NCBI GenBank assembly: GCA_964016885.1
Contig: OZ024761.1
Span: 31,496,001-31,560,000, forward strand
From: Eledone cirrhosa
Taxonomy: Eukaryota
Direction: 5' to 3'
Length of the DNA: 64,000 nucleotides
Positions within the stretch are counted from its first letter, which is position 1. Each line of letters opens with the position of its first letter. Of the stretch, positions 40,092 through 55,229 are shown piece after piece. The position numbers and the translations under genes are program-made. A model generated the notes under the pieces. That model was not told where the DNA came from and did no database searches. It worked only from the letters and a program-made list of their open reading frames with translations.

Positions 40092-40705
40092 GTATATATA
40101 ATGTGTGTGTATGTTTTATTTTAAATCTAGTCAATCATAAATATGGCAAATATTCAAGACAGAACAGACAAAAATATGACAAAAATCGAAATATCGTAGT
40201 CAGATACAAAATCTATTAATAATTTCTATTGTAAAAGTGTGTTAAATTATTTTAAACTTGGCAGACGATAGAAAACGTCAGAACTTGGGTGGTAAAATTG
40301 AGGGGAGGTAATAGGTTCAGTCCCCACGTCTGGTAATAGTTAGGGATCGGAGAGAAAAGACGAGACTAAGGGATATGATGTCTGTTATCTGTTTATTTTT
40401 AAAAAATGATTCCTTCGAAGAAACTTTGCCTAATTTGGTAATTTTTCTTCTTTTTTTTTTTGTGTGTGTGTATGTTTTTTTTTTGTTACAATGAACTCCC
40501 CCCGAAATATATGAGAATGAGTAAGAATGGTGATGATGACTTTGAACAGGAGGGGATGGAGATGTTGATGATGTGGTGGTGATGGTGGTGGTGATGTGGA
40601 AACAGTGGTGGAGGATGATATTGAGAGGAGTGTAGGGGTGAAAACAAAACAGAAGACTGGATTTCGCAGTATTTCAATGGATAACATGTAAGTTAATATA
40701 TATAA

Positions 40706-40739
<34 letters not shown>

Positions 40740-41122
40740 GGATGATTATATATATATATATATATGTGTGTGTGTATATATGTATATAAATATATATATA
40801 TGCACCCTCACACATGTTTGAGGGTATATATGTGTGTATATATATACATACATATATATATATATATATACCCTCAGATATGTATGAGTGTATATATATA
40901 TATACCCTCAGATAGGTATGAGTGTATATATATGTGTTTATATAAATATATATATATATATACCCTCAGATATGTATGAGTGTATATATATATATATATA
41001 TATACCCTCAGATAGGTATAAGTGTATATATATGTGTTTATATAAATATATATATATGTATATATATATATACTCTCAGATATGTGAGTGTATATATGTG
41101 TGTATATGTATGAATGTAATGA

Positions 41123-41163
<41 letters not shown>

Positions 41164-41915
41164 GTGTGTGATTAAAGAGTCATATGTGACCTTCACTCCC
41201 CCGACAAGGACATTGGAATCGTCCACAGACAATTGGAACTAATGAAAAACCGAATCGAGTCGAGGATTCATTTTAGTTTACACACACACACACGTATATA
41301 CACAACACTTAATGGAGGCTAAATATGTGTGTATATCTATGTGTATATATGTATAATGTGCATATGACTATATATATGTATAATGTCTGTGTGTGTACAA
41401 TGTTACACACACAGACATATATATATATATATATTTATATATACATACATCTGCACATTATAAATATATGCATACATACAGTATGCATATATTTATAATG
41501 TGCATATGTATGTATATATATATATGTATGAATGTATGTATGTATATAAATATGTATGTGTATGAATGTATGTATGTATATAAATATGTATGTGTATGAA
41601 TGTATGTATGTATATAAATATGTATGTGTATGAATGTATGTATGTATATAAATATGTATGTGTATGAATGTATGTATGTATGTATGTATATAAATATGTA
41701 TGTGAATGTGTATGTATATAAATATATTTATGTATGTGCATATATATGTATTTATGTGCATATAATGTATATATATATGTATGTGTATATGTATGTATGT
41801 AAATGTGATGTATGTATGCGCATATAATGTATATATGTATGCGCATATAATGTATATATGTATGTGCATATAATGTATATATGTATGTGTATATGTATAT
41901 ATATGTGCGTAAATA

Positions 41916-41954
<39 letters not shown>

Positions 41955-42748
41955 GTGTGTGTATGTATAATGTACATATAATGAGTGTATATATCCGAAT
42001 GAGTTACAAAAATAACAACAGAACTGTCTGAAATTTTGATGCATTTCAATTCAAAGTTGCTAATATTTCCTAAATAGTTATTTTTTATCTCCTAGTCGTC
42101 GCCAGCACCCCTTCCGCCGCCATCGCCACCACCCCTTCCGCCGCTATCGCCACCATCATCATCTTCATCGACACAACCACCATTACCACCACCACCACCA
42201 CCTTTATCTTCATTTTCATCTTCATCTCCACCTCCATCTTTATCATCACCTCCATCATCACCACCACCACCACCACCATCCTCATCATCATCATCATCAT
42301 CATCATCATCACCACAGCCATCACCACCTCCAACACTATCATCAGCACCCCCCACCATCACCATTTCCAACCATTTCCACCATCATCATCTTTCACTACC
42401 ACCACCACCACTACCACCACCTCCATTACCGTCATCACCTCCACTACCCTCACTACCATCACCGCCATCACCATCACCACCACTACCATCACCACCACTA
42501 CCATCACCACCACTACCATCACCACCACTACCATCACCACCACTACCATCACCACCTCTACCATCATCATTACCACCACTACCATCACCATCACTACCAT
42601 CACCACCACTACCATCACCATCACTACCATCACCACCATTACCATCACCACCACCGCCATCACCATCACCACCACCGCCATCGCCATCACCACCGCCATC
42701 GCCACCACCAGTACCATCTTGCTTGACGTTTGTTATAAAGACTTTTGC

Positions 42749-42862
42749 AGTTAACTTTACCTTTCATCCTTACGGGGTCGATAAAATAAAGTACCAGTCG
42801 ATTTAATTGACTTTCCGTCACCTTCAAAATTGCTGGCCTTGTGCCTAAAGTAGAAACAATTA
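42749..42862 (+). mobile_element. 5'-truncated SINE
   Basis: Conserved core and tail. Confidence 0.85.
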
Positions 42863-43430
42863 CTATACAAGGTGACCACAAAAGCCCTCCTCGATTTCAA
42901 CTATTTAGTCTGGACCCAGCTTGATTATCACATAGATGTTTACCGAGCAACAAAAAGGGGCACATATCGACTGTCTATGATATCAACCCAACTAATACCA
43001 CATGAAACTTCGTTAGGTTATGCAGCTATAGCCCTCAATATTGTAAGAATATTCATTTAAGTTTTCATATTATAAGTATTTGAAATCAAGGAGTGTTTCT
43101 GTGGTCAACCTGTATGTTGTTTCTGCAACAACCAGTTAAGCGTTGAGTATATTTCTGCTCTAACATTCAACATCGTTGGACGTGAAATCTGGTCTGAAAC
43201 GACTGTGAAATATTTACAGTAAAACATTTAAAATGTTATTTTCAGTTAAACTTAAATGATACACACACGCTCACAGACACAAACGCTCACACACACGCTC
43301 ACACACACACATGCTCACACACACACACACACACACACATGCTCACACACACACACACACACATGCTCACACGCACACACACACACATGCTCACACACAT
43401 GCTCACACACACACACGTACACATACACAT

Positions 43431-43468
<38 letters not shown>

Positions 43469-45139
43469 GGACACACATACTCAGACACGCATGCACGCAC
43501 GCACACACACACACACACACACACATACACAGATACACACACACATACGGGATGGATGTCTGGCAGGTCGATAGGTTGGCTGGCTGGCTGGTTGGTTATT
43601 GGAGTGCAATGGATTGGAGTAAAGAGGAGAAGAGAGGAGTGTAAGGGGAGATAATAAAAAAAGATTCTACATGGACAACACTGTTAAGCTGTGTGATTAG
43701 GACGACATTACACTACTTAATTATTTTCTCTGATTGGACAGTCGTTACACGAGTTAATTTACTAGCTCTTCCCCATCCCTCCACATTAACCAACCCCACC
43801 CCACTGCTCTATAACGTCAGGTTCCATTCTTTCTTTCTTTTTTTTGTTTGTTTTCCGTCCATTAATAATATTCATTGAAAATTCATAGAATTTAACTACT
43901 TTAAAGTCGTCTTTTGCTCAGTTCTTGGTTCTTCTTTTCGACGTTTTTCTATCATCTTTTGAAACTTTAACAGCTGAAAACTAACTGAATACCCCCTTAC
44001 CTCTCTTTCTCTCTCGCTCTATCTCTCTGCCTCTCTCTCTGTCTCTCTCTCTCTCTGTCTCTCTCTGTCTCTCTCTCTCTGTCTATCTCTCTCTCTGTCT
44101 ATCTCTCTCTCTCTGTCTCACTTTCTCTTTGTCTCTCATTCTCCTTCTCTCTCCACCTCTCACCTCCCTCGCTTTCTCTTTCTCTCTCCACCTCTCACCT
44201 CCCTCGCTTTCTCTTTCTCTCTCCACCTCTCACCTCCCTCGCTTTCTCTTCCTCTCTCCACCTCTCACCTCCCTCGCTTTCTCTCTCCACCTCTCACCTC
44301 CCTCGCTTTCTCTTTCTCTCTCCACCTCTCTTTCTCTCTCCACCTCTCTTTCTCTCACTCACTTTCTTTCTCTCACTCGCTCTCACTCGCTCTCACTCGC
44401 TCTCACACTCACTCGCTCTCACACTCACTCACTCTCACTCACTCACTCTCACTCGCTCTCACACTCACTCACTCTCACACTCACTCACACTCACTCACTC
44501 TCACTCGCTCTCACACTCACTCTCTCACTCACTCACTCTCTCATTCTCTCTCACTCTCACTCACTCTCTCACTCTCTCACTCTTTCACTCTCACACTCTC
44601 TCACTCTCTCACTCTTTCACTCTCACACTCTCTCACTCTCACTCACTCACACTCTCTCACTCTCTCTCTCACTATCTCTCTCTCACTCTCTCTCACTCTC
44701 TCTCTCACTCTCTCTCTCTCACTCTCTCTCTCTCTCTCTCACACTCTCTCACTCTCTCTCTCACACACTCTCTCTGCATCACCGCCACAGCAACACGATT
44801 TTCCCCCAAGACTCCATCGTCACGCCACCATCACTTCAATGCTACGACCACCCCACCACACCCCCACCTCACCACCCCGCAAATGATGACCCAGTGACCC
44901 ACATACCTAAACAAAGAGACCCGAGCAAACAATAGATAAGAGAAAGAAAGTATGTGGAGGGGGGGGGGTAGAGTAATTGACAGGAAGATTCTATCGATAG
45001 ATCGATAAAATTGAGAAATCGATAGATTGATAGTTAAACAGATATTGTGAGTTTCTGCTTAATCCCAAATAGTATTGATATCAGGTTTTTGATAAAGGAA
45101 GATAAATTATCTGGTTTGTAATGAAGACCACGTGTGAGT

Positions 45140-45142
45140 GTG

Positions 45143-45225
<83 letters not shown>

Positions 45226-45590
45226 ATGTGTGACTATATATATGCATATATATGCGTATGCATATATATGTATATGTGTGTGTGTGTGTATATATGTATA
45301 TATAAATGTGTGTGTATATAAATGTGTGTGTATATAAATGTGTGTATATATGTATGTGTGGATATACATATGTGTGTCTATATATTTATGTGTGTCTGTA
45401 TATATATATATATATATCTATGTGTATATATATATATATATATATATAATTTATATATAAGCTGATATACACGTATATGTGCGTTTACGTTCATTTATGT
45501 TTATGTATATGTATAAGGCGAATTCACATATTCCCATGTCTATTTACGTCCTTCTTTACTTATGCTTGTGGTCTTATATGTAAATAAGTT

Positions 45591-45664
<74 letters not shown>

Positions 45665-45814
45665 TATATATATGCATACATATGCGTATGCATATATACG
45701 TATGTGTATATGTGTGTGTGTGTGTATATATGTATATATAAATGTGTGTGTATATAAATATGTGTATATATGTATGTGTGGATATACGTATGTGTGTCTA
45801 TATATTTATGTGTG

Positions 45815-45849
<35 letters not shown>

Positions 45850-46024
45850 ATGTGTATATATATATATATATATATAATTTATATATAAGCTGATATACAC
45901 GTATATGTGCGTTTACGTTCATTTATGTTTATGTATATGTATATGTATAAGGCGAATTCACATATTCCCATGTCTATTTACGTCCTTCTTTACTTATGCT
46001 TGTGGTCTTATATGTAAATAAGTT

Positions 46025-46030
<6 letters not shown>
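45140..46030. repeat. Tandem duplication (~430-450 bp x2) of microsatellite plus unique sequence
   Basis: AAGCTGATATACACG..GGCGAATTCACATATTCCCATGTC..AAATAAGTTT at ~45460 and ~45887. Confidence 0.85.
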
Positions 46031-46075
<45 letters not shown>

Positions 46076-46170
46076 CCCGATCGCGGCGCCAAGCGGTTTC
46101 GGTTTTGTGTGTGTTTTTACATGTTTTTGTGGTTTTACATATATATGTACATACGTATGTATATATATAT

Positions 46171-46276
<106 letters not shown>

Positions 46277-46292
46277 GTGTATATATATATAT

Positions 46293-46440
46293 ATTAGAAT
46301 AACAGATTAAAGTTTAAGCAAAGAATAGCTGCTTTCAGCCTTAACGGGATCTTCTGAAACGATGGTTTTTATATATTTGATATATATATTGTCAAGCGCT
46401 CTTCGGATTTTAGTCTTCACGTTTATTATTATTACTATTA
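46293..46440. mobile_element. Family A rearranged mini-copy (inverted HHR piece plus 3' terminus) in (TA)n
   Basis: 46293-46360 is the inverse of 49344-49410; 46370-46440 matches 49433-49505. Confidence 0.75.
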
Positions 46441-46452
46441 TATATATATAAT

Positions 46453-46636
46453 GGCGGTGTATTGGCAGTATCGGTAGAGGGTCGGACGCCATGCTTTGAC
46501 GCATAGTTACGGCCCTTGCCATTCTGAGTTCAAATCCCGCCGAGGTTAACTTTGCCTTTCATCCTTACGAGGTCGATAAAATAAAGTACCAGTAATGCGC
46601 TGGGTAATTGCTGGTCTTGTGCCAAAAAGTAGAAAC

Positions 46637-46640
<4 letters not shown>
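46453..46640 (+). mobile_element. Full-length SINE
   Basis: tRNA-like head GGCGGTGTATTGGCAGTATCGGTAGAG, B-box, core and tail. Confidence 0.92.
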
Positions 46641-46687
<47 letters not shown>

Positions 46688-46743
46688 AATCAAGATAGAA
46701 CCAGTTTAAAACAAGTTAGACCATTACTCAAGAGAGCTTGTTT

Positions 46744-46784
<41 letters not shown>

Positions 46785-47545
46785 CTATGTATGTTAGTGT
46801 GTGTGTGTTTACGTTTGAGATTATGTATATATATATGTATATACGTGTGTGTGTTTACGTTTGAGCTTGTGTATATGTATGTATGAGTGTTTTCATGAAA
46901 GCTTGAATTTTTAAATGTAAATATGTTTACATACATATCTATGTTTGCCATTACTTTTTTCTATGTATTAGCAAGTAAATCTATGTAGTTATATATATAT
47001 TAAGATGTAGATTTATGATGAATCTAGAAATCAAAACTAATTAGGTAGTGTATCATAAATTATATATATAAACACATTACAAATCTCACGTAAAAACAAA
47101 CGACATGGTATTTTAGTCGTAAATTAAGAAGAAAATAAAATACCCAACAAATAAAACATTAAATTTAAAGCAAGATAAATATATTAGGTCGTCAAGTATG
47201 AAATTTGTAGAAATTAGTTTTTTTTCTACAAATTTCTACAATCTTCATACAATATGTATGCATGTGAAAATATGACCATTGTTTTAAGATGGCGGTTTTC
47301 TGTAGATAAACTATTTCTGAATTAAAAAAGAAATTTATGAAAACGATATAAAACAATTTGATTGGTCAGTCTATTTACACAGAGCCTCGTTGCGAAGTTT
47401 ACTGTATGTAATGTAAGTCAATTGTTAAAGTTATTTAGTTTTATATTGGTTTTATATTAGTTTATATTGCTTTGTTTTATTGTTATTTTAGTAGAGAGAT
47501 ATATGGAAACAAGACATAAGTGTTTTATATTTCTGTATATTAGTA

Positions 47546-47589
<44 letters not shown>

Positions 47590-48511
47590 ATGTGTGTGTG
47601 TGTATACGTGTGGGTATATTTGTATATGTGTACGTGTATATATATGTGTATATTTGTATATGTGTACGTGTATATATATGTGTATATATGTATATGTGTG
47701 TGTATGTATATACGTGTGTATATTTCTATATATATATGTGTGTATATGTGAGTGTATAATATATATTTATATATATATCTGTGTGTGTGTTCATATATAT
47801 ATATATATATGTGTGTGTCTGCGTGTGTATGTCTATGTATGTATATATATATATGTATATATATATGTGTGTGTGTGTATGTGTTTGTCTGCCTGTGTTT
47901 TATTAATCATTTTCATTCGAAGTCACAGATTTTAATCGAGGTGGAGAGATCAGTTGTCGATCAGAGAAGTGAAGTAAGAAGATGATTATCTTGATTGTGA
48001 TGGTGATGGTGATGATGATTGTGGTGGTGGTGGGATCCTGAAGAGACAGCTCAAAAGACCGATGAAAATATAAATTATAAAACTAACTTATGTGGCAAAA
48101 ATCTATGATTTATTATATACAAGACAAAAACAGAATGAAACTGCTGCCATTAGGAAAACGAAATATTTGAATTATTACTTACATCAATTTCAACGCCAGA
48201 AAAGTCAGCAAATGTCTTAAGAAACAAAACTAAACAAAACTTAAAACATAACAAAAGAGATGCTATTGCTATTTAAACAACCTTATATCTATATGATGCG
48301 GTATTTGATCCAATAATTGATCCGGTGTTTGAGCCGGTTTTCTGAGCACTGAGTTCAAATCTTTGCCTTTCAGCCTTTCGATGTCGATAAAGACTTGGTC
48401 GATTACTAAGATCGATTCTTCCCTTTTCTCTTTCTCTTTCTTTCTCTCTTTTCTTTGTTTTTCTCTTTTATTCTTTTTCATTCTCTCATTTCTCTCTCCT
48501 CTCTCTCATTA

Positions 48512-48576
<65 letters not shown>

Positions 48577-48777
48577 TGGTAAACGGAAAAGAAAATGCTG
48601 ACAAATTGTTCGCAGTGAAAACTAGTTTAATTAGGAATAAGTGAGAAATAGTAATGGTTAGTATTCAGTTTTGGTTTTAAGTTTTACCGGTTGCGCTTTT
48701 CTAATGCTTTTCAAAAATAATTTTGAGATAGAGCGTCCGTGATGTTTGCTCTAATTTTAATAAATATATATATATAT

Positions 48778-49503
48778 ATATTTATTAAAATAACAGATTA
48801 AAGTTTAAGCAAAGAATCGCTGCTTTCACCCTTAACGGGATCTTCTGAAACTAACAAAGTCAATCTGTGAACGCAGAAGTGAATATTTCAAAAAACGTTG
48901 CAACCGGAGGAAGACAGGAAGACGATACTTTGGTTCCCTGGCAAAGAACGGGAAAAAACAAATATAATACGTCATTATTTGGAGCGGTGAAAAACAATTA
49001 CACGCAAAGACAGAACCACGTTTATGGTATAAATGAAGTCGTAGACTAATCATAGAGACGTTCTCTGGCAATGAACGAAAAAAACGAAGATAATACGTCA
49101 TATGAACGTCTCTATGAACCACTTAAGAGAATATTAGTCTACAACTTCATTTATACCATAAACGTGGTTCTGTCTTTGCGTGTAATTGTTTTTCACCGCT
49201 CCAAATAATGACGTATTATATTCGTTTTTTCCCGTTCTTTGCCAGGGAACGTTTCCACGAGCCAAAGTATCGTCTTCCTGTCTTCCTCCGGTTGCAACGT
49301 TTTTTGAAATATTCACTTCTGCATTCACAGATTGACTTTGTTAGTTTCAGAAGATCCCGTTAAGGGTGAAAGCAGCGATTCTTTGCTTAAACTTTAATCT
49401 GTTATTTTAATAAATATTTGCTCTACGGTTCTTATATATTTGATATATATTTATCCTTATCGAGGCCTCTTTGGATTTTAGTCTTCAAATTTATTATTAT
49501 TAC

Positions 49504-49508
<5 letters not shown>
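48778..49508. mobile_element. Foldback element, family A, with a variant HHR in each arm
   Basis: ~270-bp arms 48778-49050/49133-49416, an ~80-bp spacer and a unique 3' tail to 49508; flanked by TA/CA microsatellites. Confidence 0.9.
49343..49393 (+). ncRNA. Variant type I hammerhead candidate (CAGAAGA core)
   Basis: AGTTT-CAGAAGA-tCCC gttaa GGGt-GAAA-GCAG cgattct TTGC-TT^AAACT; mirror copy at 48802-48852 (-). Confidence 0.6.
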
Positions 49509-49580
<72 letters not shown>

Positions 49581-49596
49581 ACACAGACACACACAG

Positions 49597-49627
<31 letters not shown>

Positions 49628-49774
49628 GTAGTTGCGTAATTTATATAATCTATTTTGGTCAAATACAGAAATATTTATGGTGGACTCTATCTATGCTTTT
49701 TTACTCAATATATTGTGTACCCTTCTTTAATTATTGTTCCTAGTGGAATATATGTATATTATCGTATGTCAGTG

Positions 49775-49819
<45 letters not shown>

Positions 49820-49832
49820 ATTATTGATAACG

Positions 49833-49934
49833 TCCCGCCGAGGTTGACTTTGCCTGTCATCCTTACGGGGTCGATAAAATAAAGTACCAGTAATGCACTG
49901 GTAATTGCTGGCCTTGTGCCTAAAGTAGAAACAA
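49833..49934 (+). mobile_element. 5'-truncated SINE with a ~13-bp target-site duplication
   Basis: ATTATTGATAACG on both sides. Confidence 0.9.
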
Positions 49935-50423
49935 TTATTGATAACGCGGATAACATATGTACATATGAACATACACTCGTATGGTATATACATATGTATA
50001 CACACGCCATCAATGACTATGCATATATGTATGTGTGTGTATATATAAATACGTATATATGTGTGTAAATATGTATATATATATGTGTGTGTGTAAATAT
50101 GTATATATATGTGTGTGTAAATATGTATATATATATGTGTGTGTGTGTAAATATGTATATATATATGTGTGTGTGTGTAAATATGTATATATATGTGTGT
50201 GTGTAAATATGTATATATATGTGTGTGTATATGTATATATATATGTGTGTGTGTGTAAATATGTATATATATATGTGTGTGTAAATATGTATATATATGT
50301 GTGTGTAAATATGTATATATATGTGTGTGTAAATATATGTATATATGTAAATATGTGTGTATATTTATATATATATATATATGTAAATATGTGTGTGTGT
50401 GTGTGTATATATATATGTAAATA

Positions 50424-50457
<34 letters not shown>

Positions 50458-50466
50458 ATGTAAATA

Positions 50467-50508
<42 letters not shown>

Positions 50509-50581
50509 ATGTAAATATGTGTGTGTATATATATATATATATATGTAAATATGTGTGTGTGTATATATATATATAATGTAA

Positions 50582-50624
<43 letters not shown>

Positions 50625-50667
50625 AATATGTGTGTGTGTATATATATATATATATATAATGTAAATA

Positions 50668-50702
<35 letters not shown>

Positions 50703-51323
50703 CATAGTTATCGAGCTTATGTAAATAATTAAATAACCCAGAAAATCAGATATGGTGGTGCCAGTTAGTATCGCTCTCCTGTCACGGGGGTAGTTTTATC
50801 TCTTGCCTAGAAGGGATTCGCTACACAGCGTTCTCCTAGAATCATGGCTACGGAGTATTCGAGAGTCGATAAAATAAATATACTGTTATATTCAACAGTT
50901 GTTAATGGTTTAAATAGCATCGGGTTTGCTGTGTTCAGCGTTTCCAACTATATTTCTGCTTATCATGTCGGACTTCCCTTCGGGAGACTTGTTCCTCTCC
51001 CATATCTGTTTAATTCCGTAAGAAATGAATGTTGTGTTAAAATTGATAAACTACTAAATCAAATATGTCGATGCGAATACCGTATCATTGGTACATAAAA
51101 ACATGTACTTTTCCTTTCACACGCTCTCCCACGCACGTACACACACAACACACACACACACTCTCTCTCTCTCTCATACACACACGCTCACATGCTCTCA
51201 CATTCCCTCACAGACACACTCCCTCACACCTCATCACATCCCCTCACTTCCACTCCCACACTCACAGATAGACGAACGGATACATAGACAGGTTGACAGA
51301 TAGATAAACAGACGGACACATAG

Positions 51324-51354
<31 letters not shown>

Positions 51355-51567
51355 TGATTGATAGACAGATAGATAGACGGACGGACGGACGGACGGATTT
51401 ATAAATAGATAGACAGATATATAAACAGACGGACACAGAGAGAGACAGACAGACAGACAGACACACAGATAGATAGATAGACGTAGATACACATAAGGAC
51501 AGACATACATAGAAAGATAAACAGCCACAGGCAGACACATAGATAAACAGGTATGGGGAGGACGGCA

Positions 51568-51755
51568 GAGATGGCGGCGATGCCAGTGGGAGTTCGGCTC
51601 TTCCACGTTCGGACCAGATCCTTGTGGTGGCGAGATGGCGGCGATGCCAGTGGGAGTTCGGCTCTTCCACGTTCGGACCATATCCTTGTGGTGGAGAGAT
51701 GGAGGCGATGACAGTGGGAGTTCGGCTCTTCCACGTTCGGACCATATCCTTGTGG
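51568..51755. repeat. GC-rich 64-bp tandem repeat x3
   Basis: GAGATGGCGGCGATGCCAGTGGGAGTTCGGCTCTTCCACGTTCGGACC.. at 51568, 51632 and 51696. Confidence 0.9.
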
Positions 51756-51765
51756 TTGTGTACAT

Positions 51766-51952
51766 AATTGTTTCTACTTTTGGCACAAGGCCAGCAATTA
51801 TCCCAGTGCATTACTGGTACTTTATTTTATCGACCCCGTAAGGATGAAAGGCAAAGTTAACCTCGGCGGAATTTGAACTCAGAATTGCAAGGGCCGTAAC
51901 TCTATGCGTCAAAGCATGGCGTCCGACCCTCTACCGATACTGCCAATGCACC
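51766..51952 (-). mobile_element. Full-length SINE
   Basis: Head, core and tail present. Confidence 0.92.
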
Positions 51953-53673
51953 ATACGTATAAAGCTTTTGGTTTAACCAGTTTGTTGTTATAGCCTGTGG
52001 TTGATAGACGGATATACGGACACTTAGACAGACAGACAGAAAGTTAGACAAACAGCCCAAACGACAGCTAGACGTGTGTGTGTCTGTGTGTGTTGGTATA
52101 AGGCCACGTAGAGAGAGAGAGGGGGTGTAGAAAGAGAGAGGGGTGATAGTCAATTGTACTGATGTAATGTATTCCTGGTATTTCAAAGATGTCGTCGAGA
52201 TTAACGACAAAAGCAGTCGAAGTCGACCTCGGCTGTGTTTCAAAACATAACATAAAACGCCGTTAGTTATGGAATCGTCTGAGTCACTTAGTATGATTCC
52301 AGTGATATTTCCCTTTAGTTCTTTGATATGGATCTATAAAAGAGCTACTACTAAATAGATTGGACTGATAACGAAAGAAGCGATAAGTTAAATTAATCAA
52401 ATACTGAACTTAATGTCGGAGATCTTAGATAAGATTTGATTTTTTTCGTTAAAGATAAATTATTATTATTTTTTTTTAAATAGTTTCCTTTTGTTTTAAT
52501 AATAATAATAATAATAAAATAATAATTATAATAATAATAAAAATAACTTTGAAGGTCAATAAAAGGGAATGATAAAAGCTAAGTTCCATAAAATCAAAAC
52601 AAAAACGAGAGAGAAAGAGAGTTAGAGCGATGAGAAGATGAAAAAGCGTGAGAGAAGAGAGCGAGAGTAGGGAGAGAACGAGAAATGGAGAAGGGAGAGA
52701 GCAGGGAGAAAATGAGAAACTCTGAGAGAGGAAAGCAAGAGTAGGGAGAGATGAGAGAGCGAGAGCAGGGAGAGGAGAAAGGGAGAAGAGCGAGAGCGGG
52801 GAAAGAATGAGAAACCGTGAGAGAAGAGCGAAAGTAGGGAGAGAATGGGAAGCGTGAGAAGAGAGAGAGAGCTTGAGTAGAGAGAGAGAATGAGAAACCG
52901 TGAGAGAAGAAAGAGAGCGAGAGCTGTGAGAGAATGAGAAACCGTGAGAGAAGAGAGAGAGAGTTTGAGCAGAGAGGGAGGATGAAAAACCGTGAGAGAG
53001 AGAGAGAGAGAGAGAAACCGTGAGAGAAGAGAGAGAGTTTGAGCAGAGAGGGAGGATGAAAAACCGTGAGAGGAGAAAGAAAGAGTAGAGAGAAAGCTTG
53101 AGTAGAGAGAGAGAATGAGAAACCGTGAGAGAAGAGAGAGAGAGTTTGAGTAGAGAGAGAGAATGAGAAACCGTGAGAGAAGAGAGAGAGTGAGAAAGAA
53201 AGAAAAAGAATGAAAGAGAGAAGGTATTCTTTAAAGACGTCGGCCATTTTCTCCTTGTGGCTGTAGAGTGAAAAAAAAAAGAATTTCTAAATAGAATTTC
53301 ACAGTGGCAAATAAGTAAGACAAGCGTGTTAGAAGAGCTTGAAGCTGGTTGTTTTGAATAGAGGAAGAAGAAAAATGGGAGACGAGATGTTGGCAAATAA
53401 AGAGGAGGGGAAGGAGAGAGGCTGTAAAGGAAATCAAAATGAACATCAAATTGGGATTAAAAATAAATATATATATGTGTGTGAGTGTGTGTGTAAATGT
53501 GTGTGTGTGTGTCTCTCTATCCATCTTTCTATCTATTTATCTATGTCTCTATATTTATCAATCTATCTATGAGTCTGTGTGTGTGTATATATATCTGTGT
53601 GTGTGTGTGTATATATATGTGTGTGTGTGTATGTATATGTGTGTTTATATATCTCTACATATGTGTGTGTATA

Positions 53674-53704
<31 letters not shown>

Positions 53705-53723
53705 GTATCTAGGTGTGTGTATA

Positions 53724-53764
<41 letters not shown>

Positions 53765-55229
53765 CTAGGTGTGTGTATATATATATATTTTTTATATATA
53801 TGTATCTAGGTGTGTGTATATATATATATATTTTATATAATGTATCTAGGTGTGTATATATATATAATATATATATAATGTATCTAGGTGTGTATATATA
53901 TATATAATATATATATATATAATGTATCTATGTGTGTGTATGTATGTATGTATATATATATATATATATATATAGGTATGTATATACATATATACACATA
54001 CGAAAATAATACAGATAATCAAATTCTGACTATAAAACAATAAACAGAAAGATTATATTAAAGAAAGAAGAGGAGAAGGAAGAAGAGAAGGAAGAAGAGA
54101 AGGAGCTATGAAAATATAATAAATTGTTAACAAAGGAACGAACTTTAAAGCTATTCCGCCTTGGATGTTGTCTGTTACTGGTTTTGAAAGTGGTGGTTAC
54201 TGTTGTTGTTGTGGTTGTGGTGGTGGTGGTGGTGGTGGTGGTGGTTGTATTGTTGTTGTATTGTTGTTGTATTGTTGTGGTTGTGGTGGTTGTTGTGGTT
54301 GTATTGTTGTTGTATTGTGGTTGTGGTTGTGGTGGTGGTGGTGGTGGTTGTATTTTTGTGGTTGTGGTGGTGGTGGTGGTTGTATTTTTGTTGTGGTTGT
54401 GGTGGTGGTGGTTGTATTGTTGTTGTATTGTTGTGGTTGTGGTGGTTGTTGTATTGTTGTGGTTGTGGTGGTTGTTGTGGTTGTGATGGTTGTAATTGTT
54501 GTGGTGGTGGTGGTGGTGGTTGTATTGTTGTGGTGGTTGTGGTGGTGGTGGTTGTATTGTAGTTGTGGTGGTTGTTGTGGTGGTGGTGGTTGGGATGTTG
54601 ATGTGGTGATTGTAGTTGGGGTTGTGTTTAGGATGTTATTGTTTTTTTTATTGTTGTGACTGTTGATGTTGTTGTGGTAGTTGGGATGTTATTGTTATTT
54701 TTGTAGTTGGGATGTTATTGTTGTTAATTTTGTTGTAGTTGTTGTGGTGATGAGGGTTGTTTTGTTGTCTTGGTGCTGGCGGCGGTAGTGGTTGGGGGGA
54801 GGGGGTGTTGTTGTCTTGCTGTCGGTTGTGATGATGATTGTTGTTTTTTTAGTTTAAGTGACGGTGGTGGTGGTAGTGATTGTAATTGTTGTGTTGATGG
54901 TGGTGATTGTTGTTGTGATGGTGGTGTTGCCTGTTATGGTGGTGGAGATGATAGGGGTGGTTGTTGTTAAATTTAGTGGTGTTGTTGTTGTTGGTGGTGG
55001 TGGATGAGATCAGCCGTCTAATCGATCATGGTTTATTGTAATGAAAAGCAGTGAAATGCCATCAACGAAGTAATTCTGAGAAACTTCAAACGGAATCAGT
55101 CAAGTGATCGATTTTTGGTAGCAGATGATTCGGTTTCTGAATATGTAGGTAGAACCGATGAGAAAGGACTTCGATCAGCAATATTTTATTTTGGATACTG
55201 TTGTTAGAGAGAGAGGGAGTGTGTTTGAA

